DNA from: Nostoc punctiforme PCC 73102
GTDB lineage: Bacteria > Cyanobacteriota > Cyanobacteriia > Cyanobacteriales > Nostocaceae
Direction of reading: 5' to 3'
DNA length: 32,000 bases
Assembly (NCBI RefSeq): GCF_000020025.1
Contig: NC_010628.1
Coordinates: 5,370,001 to 5,402,000 of the forward strand
The notes under the pieces were generated by a model. The model was given only the letters and a program-made list of their open reading frames with translations. It had not been told where the DNA came from and searched no databases. The position numbers and the translations under genes were made by a program. Of the stretch, positions 8,357-15,343 are shown one piece after another. Position 1 is the stretch's first letter. Each line of letters opens with the position of its first letter.

Positions 8357-9015
8357 TTAAATTTACCTTTATGACTCAGCCTTTATTTTAAAAAATCTTT
8401 CAAACAATTATTTATTTAAAAAAATAAATCTAGTAAAATATCAACATTTTTTTACTATTGTTTAAACTCAATTATCCAAAGTATTTTTACTTTACTTTCC
8501 CCTAATAAACTTTGATAAAATATAACTTTACATACGCAAAAGCATTTACTTGCCTTAACCTCACCTCTGTTTTTACATTTGTATTTCTACTTTGAGCAGA
8601 GTAATTTATACGATATATTTGAAAAGATTATATACTTTTCACCTAGTCGTTCTACATCCAGCAAAATTTCAGGAAAGATAGATACAGTAAAAGATACAGC
8701 CCCCGCTCTTCCCTCGCCAGATAGAATTAGCCTTGGTTATGAATATCGTTTTGTAAATGTGATAAAGAAATTATAAAGCATAAGTGGCTGCTCAAGTAAT
8801 TCAGTAAACTTTAATTGCTCAAAAGCCTAGATAAATATTTGTTAAGTTTTTTAAAACTTTCTTATCATAAACTATTATAGTAATTTATATTGCCAGGAAC
8901 GCCAAGCTTTCCTATGCTTAATTTGGAAGTGTTTTCTTAGCTATAAGATCAGGCTCTCCCCGTCAAAAAATTCAAACGACAGTACAGATTGCATTAATTT
9001 TGTAGGAGTTCTGCG
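8357..9015. promoter_or_regulatory. 659-bp AT-rich divergent control region between ndhF4 (-) and ccmK (+)
   Basis: This is the longest non-coding stretch in the window and is flanked by divergent operon starts. GGAG at 9005-9008 lies 7 nt before the ccmK ATG. The region contains a perfect 16-bp palindrome AAGTTTT-TT-AAAACTT (8844-8859) and TTA-N7-TAA strings (8842-8854, 8771-8783). No transcription start site can be assigned from sequence alone. Confidence 0.5.
8844..8859. promoter_or_regulatory. Perfect palindrome AAGTTTTTTAAAACTT, candidate transcription-factor site upstream of ccmK
   Basis: A 7-bp inverted repeat with a 2-nt spacer lies 157 nt upstream of the ccmK ATG. It shares AGTTTT/AAAACT half-sites with the palindrome upstream of the LysR gene (14102-14124). 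The AT-rich background makes a chance occurrence plausible. Confidence 0.25.
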
Positions 9016-9324
9016 ATGCCAATTGCAGTTGGAATGATTGAAACGAAAGGCTTTCCAGCAGTTGTGGAAGCTGCTGATGCGATGGTGAAAGCCGCCCGTG
9101 TCACCTTAGTAGGGTATGAAAAAATTGGTAGCGCTCGCGTCACCGTGATAGTTCGGGGAGATGTATCGGAAGTACAAGCTTCTGTAGCTGCTGGGGTTGA
9201 AGCCGCGAAAAGAGTTTTTGGTGGTGAAGTGTTGTCCACTCACATCATTGCTCGTCCTCACGAGAACCTGGAATACGTCTTGCCGATTCGTTACACAGAA
9301 GCTGTGGAACAGTTCCGTACCTAA
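9016..9324 (+). CDS. ccmK: Carboxysome shell protein CcmK (BMC-H hexamer), short paralogue
   Basis: 102 aa. The canonical BMC domain is present: [70 protein letters not shown]. Confidence 0.95.
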   Translation: MPIAVGMIETKGFPAVVEAADAMVKAARVTLVGYEKIGSARVTVIVRGDVSEVQASVAAGVEAAKRVFGGEVLSTHIIARPHENLEYVLPIRYTEAVEQFRT

Positions 9325-9414
9325 AAGCTGTTTAAAAAAAGTAATTAACGCTCTTTGCTTTTTTGAGCATCACTTTTGTCCAAAGCTAAAAACTTTAAAT
9401 AGGGATTAAAACTA

Positions 9415-9759
9415 ATGTCAATTGCAGTGGGAATGGTTGAAACGCTGGGCTTTCCAGCAGTTGTGGAAGCTGCTGATGCGATGGTGAAAGCTGCTCGTGT
9501 GACTCTAGTCGGCTATGAAAAAATCGGCAGTGGTCGAGTTACAGTAATTGTCCGGGGTGACGTTTCGGAAGTACAAGCTTCCGTAGCCGCAGGTGTTGAA
9601 TCAGTAAAGCGAGTCAATGGTGGACAAGTGCTGTCTACTCACATCATTGCTCGTCCTCACGAAAACTTGGAATACGTCCTACCAATTCGTTATACAGAAG
9701 ACGTAGAACAATTCCGGGAAAATGTGAACGCAATTCGTCCTTTTGGTAGAAGACCGTAA
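9415..9759 (+). CDS. ccmK: Carboxysome shell protein CcmK (BMC-H hexamer), paralogue with C-terminal extension
   Basis: 114 aa. It is nearly identical to the upstream CcmK over ~95 aa and adds a C-terminal tail, ..[15 protein letters not shown]. The arrangement resembles the short-then-long ccmK pair known in other beta-cyanobacteria. Confidence 0.95.
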   Translation: MSIAVGMVETLGFPAVVEAADAMVKAARVTLVGYEKIGSGRVTVIVRGDVSEVQASVAAGVESVKRVNGGQVLSTHIIARPHENLEYVLPIRYTEDVEQFRENVNAIRPFGRRP

Positions 9760-9765
9760 TTTTTA

Positions 9766-10068
9766 ATGCAAGTCGCCAAAGTTCGCGGCACAGTAGTTAG
9801 CACCCAAAAAGATCCAAGTCTCAGAGGTGTGAAACTACTGTTGTTACAATTTGTAGATGAAGACGGAAACATCCTCCCACAATATGAGGTAGCAGCAGAT
9901 AGTGTGGGAGCAGGTGTAGATGAGTGGGTACTTGTCAGTCGTGGCAGTGTTGCTCGTCAAGTTATTGGCAACGAACAGCGACCACTAGATGCAGTGGTAG
10001 TAGCGATCATAGATACAATTTATGTTGAAGATCGCATGATTTACAGCAAAAAAGATCAATATCGATAG
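9766..10068 (+). CDS. ccmL: Carboxysome vertex protein CcmL (EutN/CcmL pentamer)
   Basis: 100 aa: MQVAKVRGTVVSTQKDPSLRGVKLLLLQFVDEDG..DEWVLVSRGS.ARQ. It starts 6 nt after the ccmK stop. Confidence 0.9.
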   Translation: MQVAKVRGTVVSTQKDPSLRGVKLLLLQFVDEDGNILPQYEVAADSVGAGVDEWVLVSRGSVARQVIGNEQRPLDAVVVAIIDTIYVEDRMIYSKKDQYR

Positions 10069-10135
10069 TCATTAGTCATTGGTCATTGGTCATTAGTGAA
10101 TAACAAAGGACAAATGACAACGAACAAATGACAAT
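10067..10135. repeat. Heptamer (STRR2-like) arrays in the ccmL-ccmM spacer, partly inverted
   Basis: agtcatt agtcatt ggtcatt ggtcatt is followed by gacaaat gacaacg aacaaat gacaata. GGTCATT is the complement type of AATGACA, so the two halves can pair partially. Confidence 0.75.
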
Positions 10136-10152
10136 ATAGGAGGAATCTCGCA

Positions 10153-12162
10153 ATGGCAGTCCGCAGCACGGCAGCACCCCCAACTCCGTGGTCAAGGAAT
10201 TTAGCTGAACCCAAAATCCATCAAACTGCTTTTGTACATTCATTCTCCAATCTGATTGGGGATGTAAGAATAGGTGCAAATGTAATCGTTGCTCCGGGGA
10301 CTACGATTAGAGCGGATGAAGGCACACCTTTTTATCTTGGTGAAAACACTAATATTCAAGATGGTGTGGTCATTCATGGGTTAGAGCAAGGTCGAGTAAT
10401 TGGCGATGACCAAGAGAAATACTCGGTATGGGTAGGTAAAAATGCTTGCATTACCCACATGGCTCTAATTCACGGGCCAGCTTATGTAGGCGATAATTCC
10501 TTCATTGGCTTTCGCTCTACAGTGTTTAATGCCAGGGTAGGTGCAGGTTGCATCGTGATGATGCACGCTTTGATTCAAGACGTAGAAATTCCCGCAGGTA
10601 AATATGTACCTTCGGGAGCGGTAATTACTAGCCAGCAGCAAGCTGACCGCTTGCCAGATGTGCAAGATCAGGATAAGGAATTTGCTCATCATGTGGTTGG
10701 AATTAATCAGGCGCTACGAGCTGGTTATCTTTGTGCTGCGGATAGCAAATGTATAGCACCCATTCGGGATGAGAACGCTAAATCTTATACAGGTAATGGT
10801 ATTACTGTTTTAGAGTTGGAAAGGAGTAGTGAAGTGGCGAGCAATAGCTTGGGTGCAGAAACAATAGAGCAGTTGCGCTATCTATTGGAACAAGGGTATA
10901 AAATTGGTACAGAACACGTAGATCAGAGACGGTTCCGCACGGGTTCTTGGACTAGCTGCCAACCAATTGAACCGAGATCCATCGGTGAAGCGATCGCAGC
11001 ATTAGAAAGCTGTGTAAGTGACCATAGCGGCGAATATGTCCGCCTTTTTGGTATTGATAAAGATAGACGACGTGTGTTAGAGAGCATCATCCAACGCCCG
11101 GATGGTGATTTTAAACCAGCTACCAATTTTAAGGCTCCGGCTAGTAATCATAGCAATGGCAGCTACAGCAATAATGGTAACGGTAACGGCTCTAGCAGTG
11201 GCAAAGTCAATGGCGAAACTGTAGAGCAAATCCGCCAACTTTTGGCAGGTGGTTATAAAATTGGCATGGAACACGTAGACGAGCGCCGTTTCCGTACTGG
11301 TTCCTGGACTAGCTGCAAGCCAATTGAAGCAACTTCCATAAATCAAGTAATTTCCGGCTTGGAAGAATGTATAGAAAGCCATCAAGGTGAGTATGTGCGT
11401 TTAATAGGCATTGATACCAAAGCCAAACGGCGGGTATTAGAAACGATTATCCAACGTCCAAATGGTCAAGTAGCCTCCTTTGGTAGTCAGAAATCATCAT
11501 TTACTAGCAGTGGAAGCTCTGGAAGTGCTACGGCAACAGCTACCAGTAATCGTTTGAGTACTGAAGTAGTAGACCAACTCCGGCAATTATTGGCTGGTGG
11601 GTATAAGATTAGTCTTGAACACGTAGACGAACGACGGTTCCGTACAGGTTCCTGGACGAGTACCGGTCAAATTCAAGCCTCCTCAGAAAGAGAAGCGATC
11701 GCAGCTATAGAAGGACACCTTGGCGAATACCAAGGGGAATATGTACGCTTAATTGGTATTGACCCCAAAGCCAAGCGTCGGGTATTAGAAACGATTATCC
11801 AACGTCCAAATGGTCAAGTAGCCTCCTCTGGCAGTCAGAAATCATTTACTAGCAGTGCGCCTTCTGCTACAGCAACAGCTACAGCAACAGCTACCAGTAC
11901 CCGCTTGAGTAGTGAAGTTGTAGACCAACTCCGACAATTATTGGCTGGCGGCTCTAAAATTAGCCTTGAACACGTAGACCAACGGCGGTTCCGTACTGGT
12001 TCTTGGACTAGTACCGGTCAGATTCAAGCCTCCTCAGAAAGAGAAGCGATCGCAGCCGTAGAAGGACACCTTGGCGAATACCAAGGAGAATATGTGCGCT
12101 TAATTGGTATTGACCCCAAAGCCAAGCGTCGGGTATTAGAAACGATCATCCAACGTCCATAA
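10153..12162 (+). CDS. ccmM: Carboxysome assembly protein CcmM: N-terminal gamma-carbonic-anhydrase-like domain plus four RbcS-like (SSUL) modules
   Basis: 669 aa. The N-terminal left-handed beta-helix region is ..[50 protein letters not shown]... It is followed by four repeats of ..[23 protein letters not shown]...I......I..... .GEYVRL.GID...RRVLE.IIQRP (aa ~236-316, 355-436, 470-552, 587-669). Confidence 0.95.
   Translation: MAVRSTAAPPTPWSRNLAEPKIHQTAFVHSFSNLIGDVRIGANVIVAPGTTIRADEGTPFYLGENTNIQDGVVIHGLEQGRVIGDDQEKYSVWVGKNACITHMALIHGPAYVGDNSFIGFRSTVFNARVGAGCIVMMHALIQDVEIPAGKYVPSGAVITSQQQADRLPDVQDQDKEFAHHVVGINQALRAGYLCAADSKCIAPIRDENAKSYTGNGITVLELERSSEVASNSLGAETIEQLRYLLEQGYKIGTEHVDQRRFRTGSWTSCQPIEPRSIGEAIAALESCVSDHSGEYVRLFGIDKDRRRVLESIIQRPDGDFKPATNFKAPASNHSNGSYSNNGNGNGSSSGKVNGETVEQIRQLLAGGYKIGMEHVDERRFRTGSWTSCKPIEATSINQVISGLEECIESHQGEYVRLIGIDTKAKRRVLETIIQRPNGQVASFGSQKSSFTSSGSSGSATATATSNRLSTEVVDQLRQLLAGGYKISLEHVDERRFRTGSWTSTGQIQASSEREAIAAIEGHLGEYQGEYVRLIGIDPKAKRRVLETIIQRPNGQVASSGSQKSFTSSAPSATATATATATSTRLSSEVVDQLRQLLAGGSKISLEHVDQRRFRTGSWTSTGQIQASSEREAIAAVEGHLGEYQGEYVRLIGIDPKAKRRVLETIIQRP
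10818..10836 (+). promoter_or_regulatory. Internal Shine-Dalgarno-like element plus in-frame GTG: candidate start of a short, SSUL-only CcmM isoform
   Basis: GGAAAGGAG (10818-10826) is followed by a 7-nt spacer and then GTG (10834-10836 = Val228, in frame). This is 8 codons before the first SSUL module. Confidence 0.45.
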
Positions 12163-12181
12163 CAGTGAGTGAGGAGTAGGT

Positions 12182-12201
12182 AGACGCGATTAATCGCGTC
12201 T
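12182..12201. repeat. Perfect 20-bp palindrome AGACGCGATTAATCGCGTCT (hairpin repeat family)
   Basis: It lies 20 nt after the ccmM stop and belongs to the same family as 2593-2615. It could act as an intra-operon attenuator or RNA stabiliser, but no T-run follows it. Confidence 0.6.
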
Positions 12202-12280
12202 GTACGGGAGTAGAGAATAGGAAATTTTAATATCCACCACTTACTACTCCCTAGAACCGGGAGTAGGTAATTTTAATATT

Positions 12281-12322
12281 CCCCATTCCCCATTCCCCAT
12301 TCCTCATTCCCCATTCCCCATT
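12281..12322 (+). repeat. (CCCCATT)6 heptamer tandem array in the ccmM-ccmN spacer
   Basis: Six consecutive units (one is CCTCATT) end 24 nt before the ccmN ATG. They are the complement of the GGGGAAT units at 6414-6446. Confidence 0.85.
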
Positions 12323-12346
12323 CCGGCTTCCGAGGTTAAAATTTCC

Positions 12347-13120
12347 ATGTCTGTGCTGTCACTGCGCCTCAGCAATAACTTTGATTCTTACATTAGTGGT
12401 GAGGTGACTATTCATCCAAGCGCAGTACTTGCACCTGGCGTGATCCTTCAAGCAGCTGAAAACAGCAAGATCGTAATTGGGCCAGGGGTCTGTATTGGCA
12501 TGGGAGCCATTCTCCAAGTCCATGAAGGAACCCTAGAGGTAGAAGCGGGGGCAAACCTGGGAGCCGGTTTTTTGATGGTTGGCAAGGGCAAAATTGGAGC
12601 AAATGCTTGTATTGGTTCAGCAACAACAGTTTTTAACTATTCAGTTGAACCTGGACAAGTAGTTCCACCTGGATCGATTTTAGGAGACACCAGTCGGCAA
12701 ATTGCTCAAACAACGCAGCCGGAACCATCTACAAATAACTCCACGGCTACAAGTGTGCCACCGCAGAAGGAAGAAGAAAATGGCTCAGGAGGAGTTAAGG
12801 AAAAGGTAAGTTCCTCAACTAACTTCTCAGCTGCGGCTTTTGTGGATTTCAAACAAAATAAGTCGATTTCTTATTTTAAATCTCCAGCCACTCCTGAAAG
12901 CCAGCCTCCTCCCTTAGAGGAACCCGCGAAGGATGCTGAATCCCCCTTGCAAGAAGCCGTTCAAGAGCCTACAAAATCTGACTCAGACCCCAATCAGCTA
13001 CCTACAGAATCCCCTAACGGTTTCGGAACTCAGATTTATGGACAAGGGAGCATAAGCAGACTGTTGACCACATTGTTTCCTCATAGACAATCTTTGAGTG
13101 ACCCAAACTCTGACGATTAG
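12347..13120 (+). CDS. ccmN: Carboxysome assembly protein CcmN (hexapeptide-repeat domain, disordered linker, C-terminal encapsulation peptide)
   Basis: 257 aa. The N-terminal beta-helix repeats are ..VTIHPSAVLAPGVILQAAENSKIVIGPGVCIGMGAILQV.. They are followed by a ~110-aa P/E/S/T-rich linker and a terminal amphipathic segment, GQGSISRLLTTLFPHRQSL. The gene sits between ccmM and ccmO. Confidence 0.85.
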   Translation: MSVLSLRLSNNFDSYISGEVTIHPSAVLAPGVILQAAENSKIVIGPGVCIGMGAILQVHEGTLEVEAGANLGAGFLMVGKGKIGANACIGSATTVFNYSVEPGQVVPPGSILGDTSRQIAQTTQPEPSTNNSTATSVPPQKEEENGSGGVKEKVSSSTNFSAAAFVDFKQNKSISYFKSPATPESQPPPLEEPAKDAESPLQEAVQEPTKSDSDPNQLPTESPNGFGTQIYGQGSISRLLTTLFPHRQSLSDPNSDD

Positions 13121-13177
13121 TCTGAGTAAGTGTTAATTGTAAGTTGTCGGCTTTGTGATTATCTGGGTAAGTTCATA

Positions 13178-13975
13178 ATGGAAACATCTAATCAACGGTC
13201 TCTGAAAGCCATCGAAGGAACGAGTCATCGAGACACCTTCCAGGACACTGCTTTAGGTTTAGTTTCTACCCGCAGCTTTCCAGCAATAGTTGGGACGGCG
13301 GATATGATGCTGAAATCAGCAGGAGTTCACCTAGTTGGGTATGAAAAAATTGGTGGCGGATATTGTACTGCGATCGTTCGGGGTGGAATTGCTGACGTGC
13401 GTCTGGCAGTAGAATCTGGTGTGCAAACAGCTGAACAGTTTGGTCAATTAGTTTCTAGCTTGGTGATTCCTCGGCCTTATCCAAACCTAGATATAGTACT
13501 TCCCATCACAACCCGTTTTACTAAATTGATGGAGGAGGGCAATTCTAGCCGTCTGAGTAATCAAGCAATTGGTTTGGTAGAAACGCGAGGATTTCCAGCG
13601 ATGGTAGGCGCGTGTGATGCCATGCTCAAAGCTGCTGATGTTCATTTAGCAGCCTACGAAAAAATTGGTGGGGGTTTGTGTACAGCTATTATTCGTGGTT
13701 CCGTAGCAAATGTGGCGGTAGCAGTGGAAGCGGGAATGTTTGAAGCAGAACGCATTGGAGAATTAAATGCAGTGATGGTAATTCCGCGACCACTTGACGA
13801 AATGGAGCAAACCTTACCATTAGCAAGTTGCTGGATAGAAACACAACAGCCTTTAAACTTACCAGTCAATATTAAAGAACAAGTTGCCGAAATAGAAGTG
13901 CTAAGATTACCAGATTTAACTAAGCTACCTACAAAAATTGCAGAAGTTGTAGAAGAATTATGGAATGATGAATGA
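13178..13975 (+). CDS. ccmO: Carboxysome shell protein CcmO (tandem BMC domains)
   Basis: Two BMC domains are present: [45 protein letters not shown].. and AIGLVETRGFPAMVGACDAMLKAADVHLAAYEKIGGGLCTAIIRG... The ORF track begins at GTG 13130. I prefer ATG 13178 (METSNQ..) because the 16 extra codons (MLIVSCRLCDYLGKFI) do not look like part of a shell protein. Confidence 0.85.
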   Translation: METSNQRSLKAIEGTSHRDTFQDTALGLVSTRSFPAIVGTADMMLKSAGVHLVGYEKIGGGYCTAIVRGGIADVRLAVESGVQTAEQFGQLVSSLVIPRPYPNLDIVLPITTRFTKLMEEGNSSRLSNQAIGLVETRGFPAMVGACDAMLKAADVHLAAYEKIGGGLCTAIIRGSVANVAVAVEAGMFEAERIGELNAVMVIPRPLDEMEQTLPLASCWIETQQPLNLPVNIKEQVAEIEVLRLPDLTKLPTKIAEVVEELWNDE

Positions 13976-14005
13976 TGATAGATGAATTTGGGAAAATCAT
14001 CATTC
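13970..14005 (+). terminator. Hairpin overlapping the ccmO stop (weak terminator candidate)
   Basis: GAATGATGAT-(16 nt)-ATCATCATTC forms a perfect 10-bp stem, but it is AT-rich and no clear T-run follows. Confidence 0.3.
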
Positions 14006-14101
14006 ATCGGGAAGTGGAAGGAATCTTACGCTTTTCTTGTTGTTATGATAATAGCTTCTTCAATCTATAAATAAAATACCTTTATTTTAATAGAAATAAT
14101 A

Positions 14102-14124
14102 GAGTTTTATCTATAATAAAACTC
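14102..14124. promoter_or_regulatory. LTTR-box-like palindrome GAGTTTTA-N7-TAAAACTC upstream of the LysR gene
   Basis: A perfect 8-bp inverted repeat containing TTA-N7-TAA ends 93 nt upstream of the TTG start at 14217. A second AT palindrome, TAAAATA-CCTT-TATTTTA, lies at 14072-14089. Confidence 0.35.
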
Positions 14125-14216
14125 GTAAGTTTCTATTGGTATCGCTATACCATTTGCAACTGTTCAGTTAATACTAGTTTTATATCGATGAATAGCTATA
14201 TAGAGGAGAATCACCT

Positions 14217-15158
14217 TTGAAACAAGCGACGCTGCACCAGTTAAAGGTATTCGAGGCTGCGGCACGGCACAGTAGCTTTACGCGGGCTGCTGAGGAATTG
14301 TTTCTCACCCAACCTACCGTTTCTATGCAAATCAAGCAACTCACAAAATCCGTAGGGTTGCCATTATTTGAGCAAGTGGGGAAACGGTTGTATCTCACCG
14401 AAGCAGGACGAGAATTATTTGCCACTTGTCGGCAGATTTTTGAAAATATAGCCCAGTATGAAATGAAGGTGGCAGATTTAAAAGGGCTAAAACAGGGACA
14501 ATTACGCTTGGCAGTGATTACAACAGCAAAATATTTTATCCCACGTTTATTAGGGCCGTTTTGCGAACTTTATCCAGGGATTGATATCTCTCTGCAAGTA
14601 ACGAATCACGAACAAATTTTGGAACGGATGAGTCAGAACCTGGACGACTTATATATTATGAGTCAAGTTCCAGACAATATGGATGTGAATTGTGAGGCAT
14701 TTTTAGAAAATCCTTTGATAGTCTTTGCACCAGTTAATCATCCGTTATCCAAGGAAAAAAATATTCCGATCCAACGCCTATCTAACCAACCTTTTATTAT
14801 GCGAGAACCAGGTTCAGGAACTCGCCGCGCCGTGCAAAGCCTATTTGAAGAACAAGGGGTGACAGTAAAAGTCAAGCTGGAATTGGGAAGTAACGAAGCA
14901 ATTAAACAAGCGATCGCAGGTGGTTTAGGAATTTCGGTTTTATCTCGTCATACTTTACTATTAGACGCTTCAGATTTTAGCATTTTAGATGTCCAACACT
15001 TTCCCATTCAGCGACATTGGTACATGGTTTACCCCGCAGGCAAGCAGTTATCTATCGTCGCTCGTGCCTATTATGACTATCTCCTGGCTGCGGCAAGGAA
15101 TTTTGTAGATCAAAACACTGATACCACTGCTAGTAGCCTTGAACCAACTCACGGGTAA
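14217..15158 (+). CDS. LysR-type transcriptional regulator, CbbR/CmpR/NdhR(CcmR) subfamily
   Basis: 313 aa. The N-terminal wHTH is LHQLKVFEAAARHSSFTRAAEELFLTQPTVSMQIKQLTKSVGLPLFEQVGKRLYLTEAG, and the rest is LysR substrate-binding-like. The TTG start is preceded by GAGGAG (14203-14208). The gene is directly downstream of the ccm operon. I could not decide from sequence alone which named paralogue (CmpR-like or NdhR-like) it is. Confidence 0.85.
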   Translation: MKQATLHQLKVFEAAARHSSFTRAAEELFLTQPTVSMQIKQLTKSVGLPLFEQVGKRLYLTEAGRELFATCRQIFENIAQYEMKVADLKGLKQGQLRLAVITTAKYFIPRLLGPFCELYPGIDISLQVTNHEQILERMSQNLDDLYIMSQVPDNMDVNCEAFLENPLIVFAPVNHPLSKEKNIPIQRLSNQPFIMREPGSGTRRAVQSLFEEQGVTVKVKLELGSNEAIKQAIAGGLGISVLSRHTLLLDASDFSILDVQHFPIQRHWYMVYPAGKQLSIVARAYYDYLLAAARNFVDQNTDTTASSLEPTHG

Positions 15159-15162
15159 TTTG

Positions 15163-15266
15163 TAATTACGAATTACGTTAGCGTAGCGTAAAGCCTGCGG
15201 CATGGCTTCTCTACGAGACGCTGCGCGAACGCTTAGAGCGACGTAGGAGCGTCATTACGAATTACC
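15163..15266. repeat. MITE-like / structured dispersed repeat bounded by ATTACGAATTAC heptamer units
   Basis: gtaattacgaattacg ... cattacgaattac flanks a GC-rich, self-complementary core (gcgtagcgtaaagcctgcggcatggcttctctacgagacgctgcgcgaacgc). The same ATTACGAATTA unit follows stop codons at 24838-24852 (complement) and 30347-30365. Confidence 0.5.
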
Positions 15267-15343
15267 CAAAGGGGTTGACTGTTAGACCGGCAACCATTGA
15301 CAATTAACCAGCAGAATCAATTAAAAATGGGGGAAAACTCGCA

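Noticed and set aside
8579-8776. 65-aa ORF inside the ndhF4-ccmK intergenic region
   Set aside because: It has an AT-rich, low-complexity translation, no SD, a non-ATG start and sits in a promoter region. It is most likely non-coding.
8357-9015. Search for NtcA-type GTA-N8-TAC sites in the divergent CCM control region
   Set aside because: I checked each GTA in the region by eye and none is followed by TAC at the right spacing.
10923-11385. Minus-strand ORFs 10923-11126 and 11077-11385
   Set aside because: They are antisense to ccmM. The open frames are a by-product of its repetitive, stop-poor sequence.
10858-12159. Four RbcS-like segments that could be taken for rbcS genes or fragments
   Set aside because: They are in one continuous frame with the gamma-CA-like domain and are the SSUL modules of ccmM. 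No rbcL/rbcX/rbcS genes are in this window.
13130-13177. GTG-initiated 16-codon N-terminal extension of ccmO given by the ORF track
   Set aside because: The extension (MLIVSCRLCDYLGKFI) is unlike shell-protein N-termini. ATG 13178 gives a conventional CcmO. Both remain possible, so the call is only moderately confident.
13654-14007. 117-aa minus-strand ORF
   Set aside because: It is antisense to the second BMC domain of ccmO.
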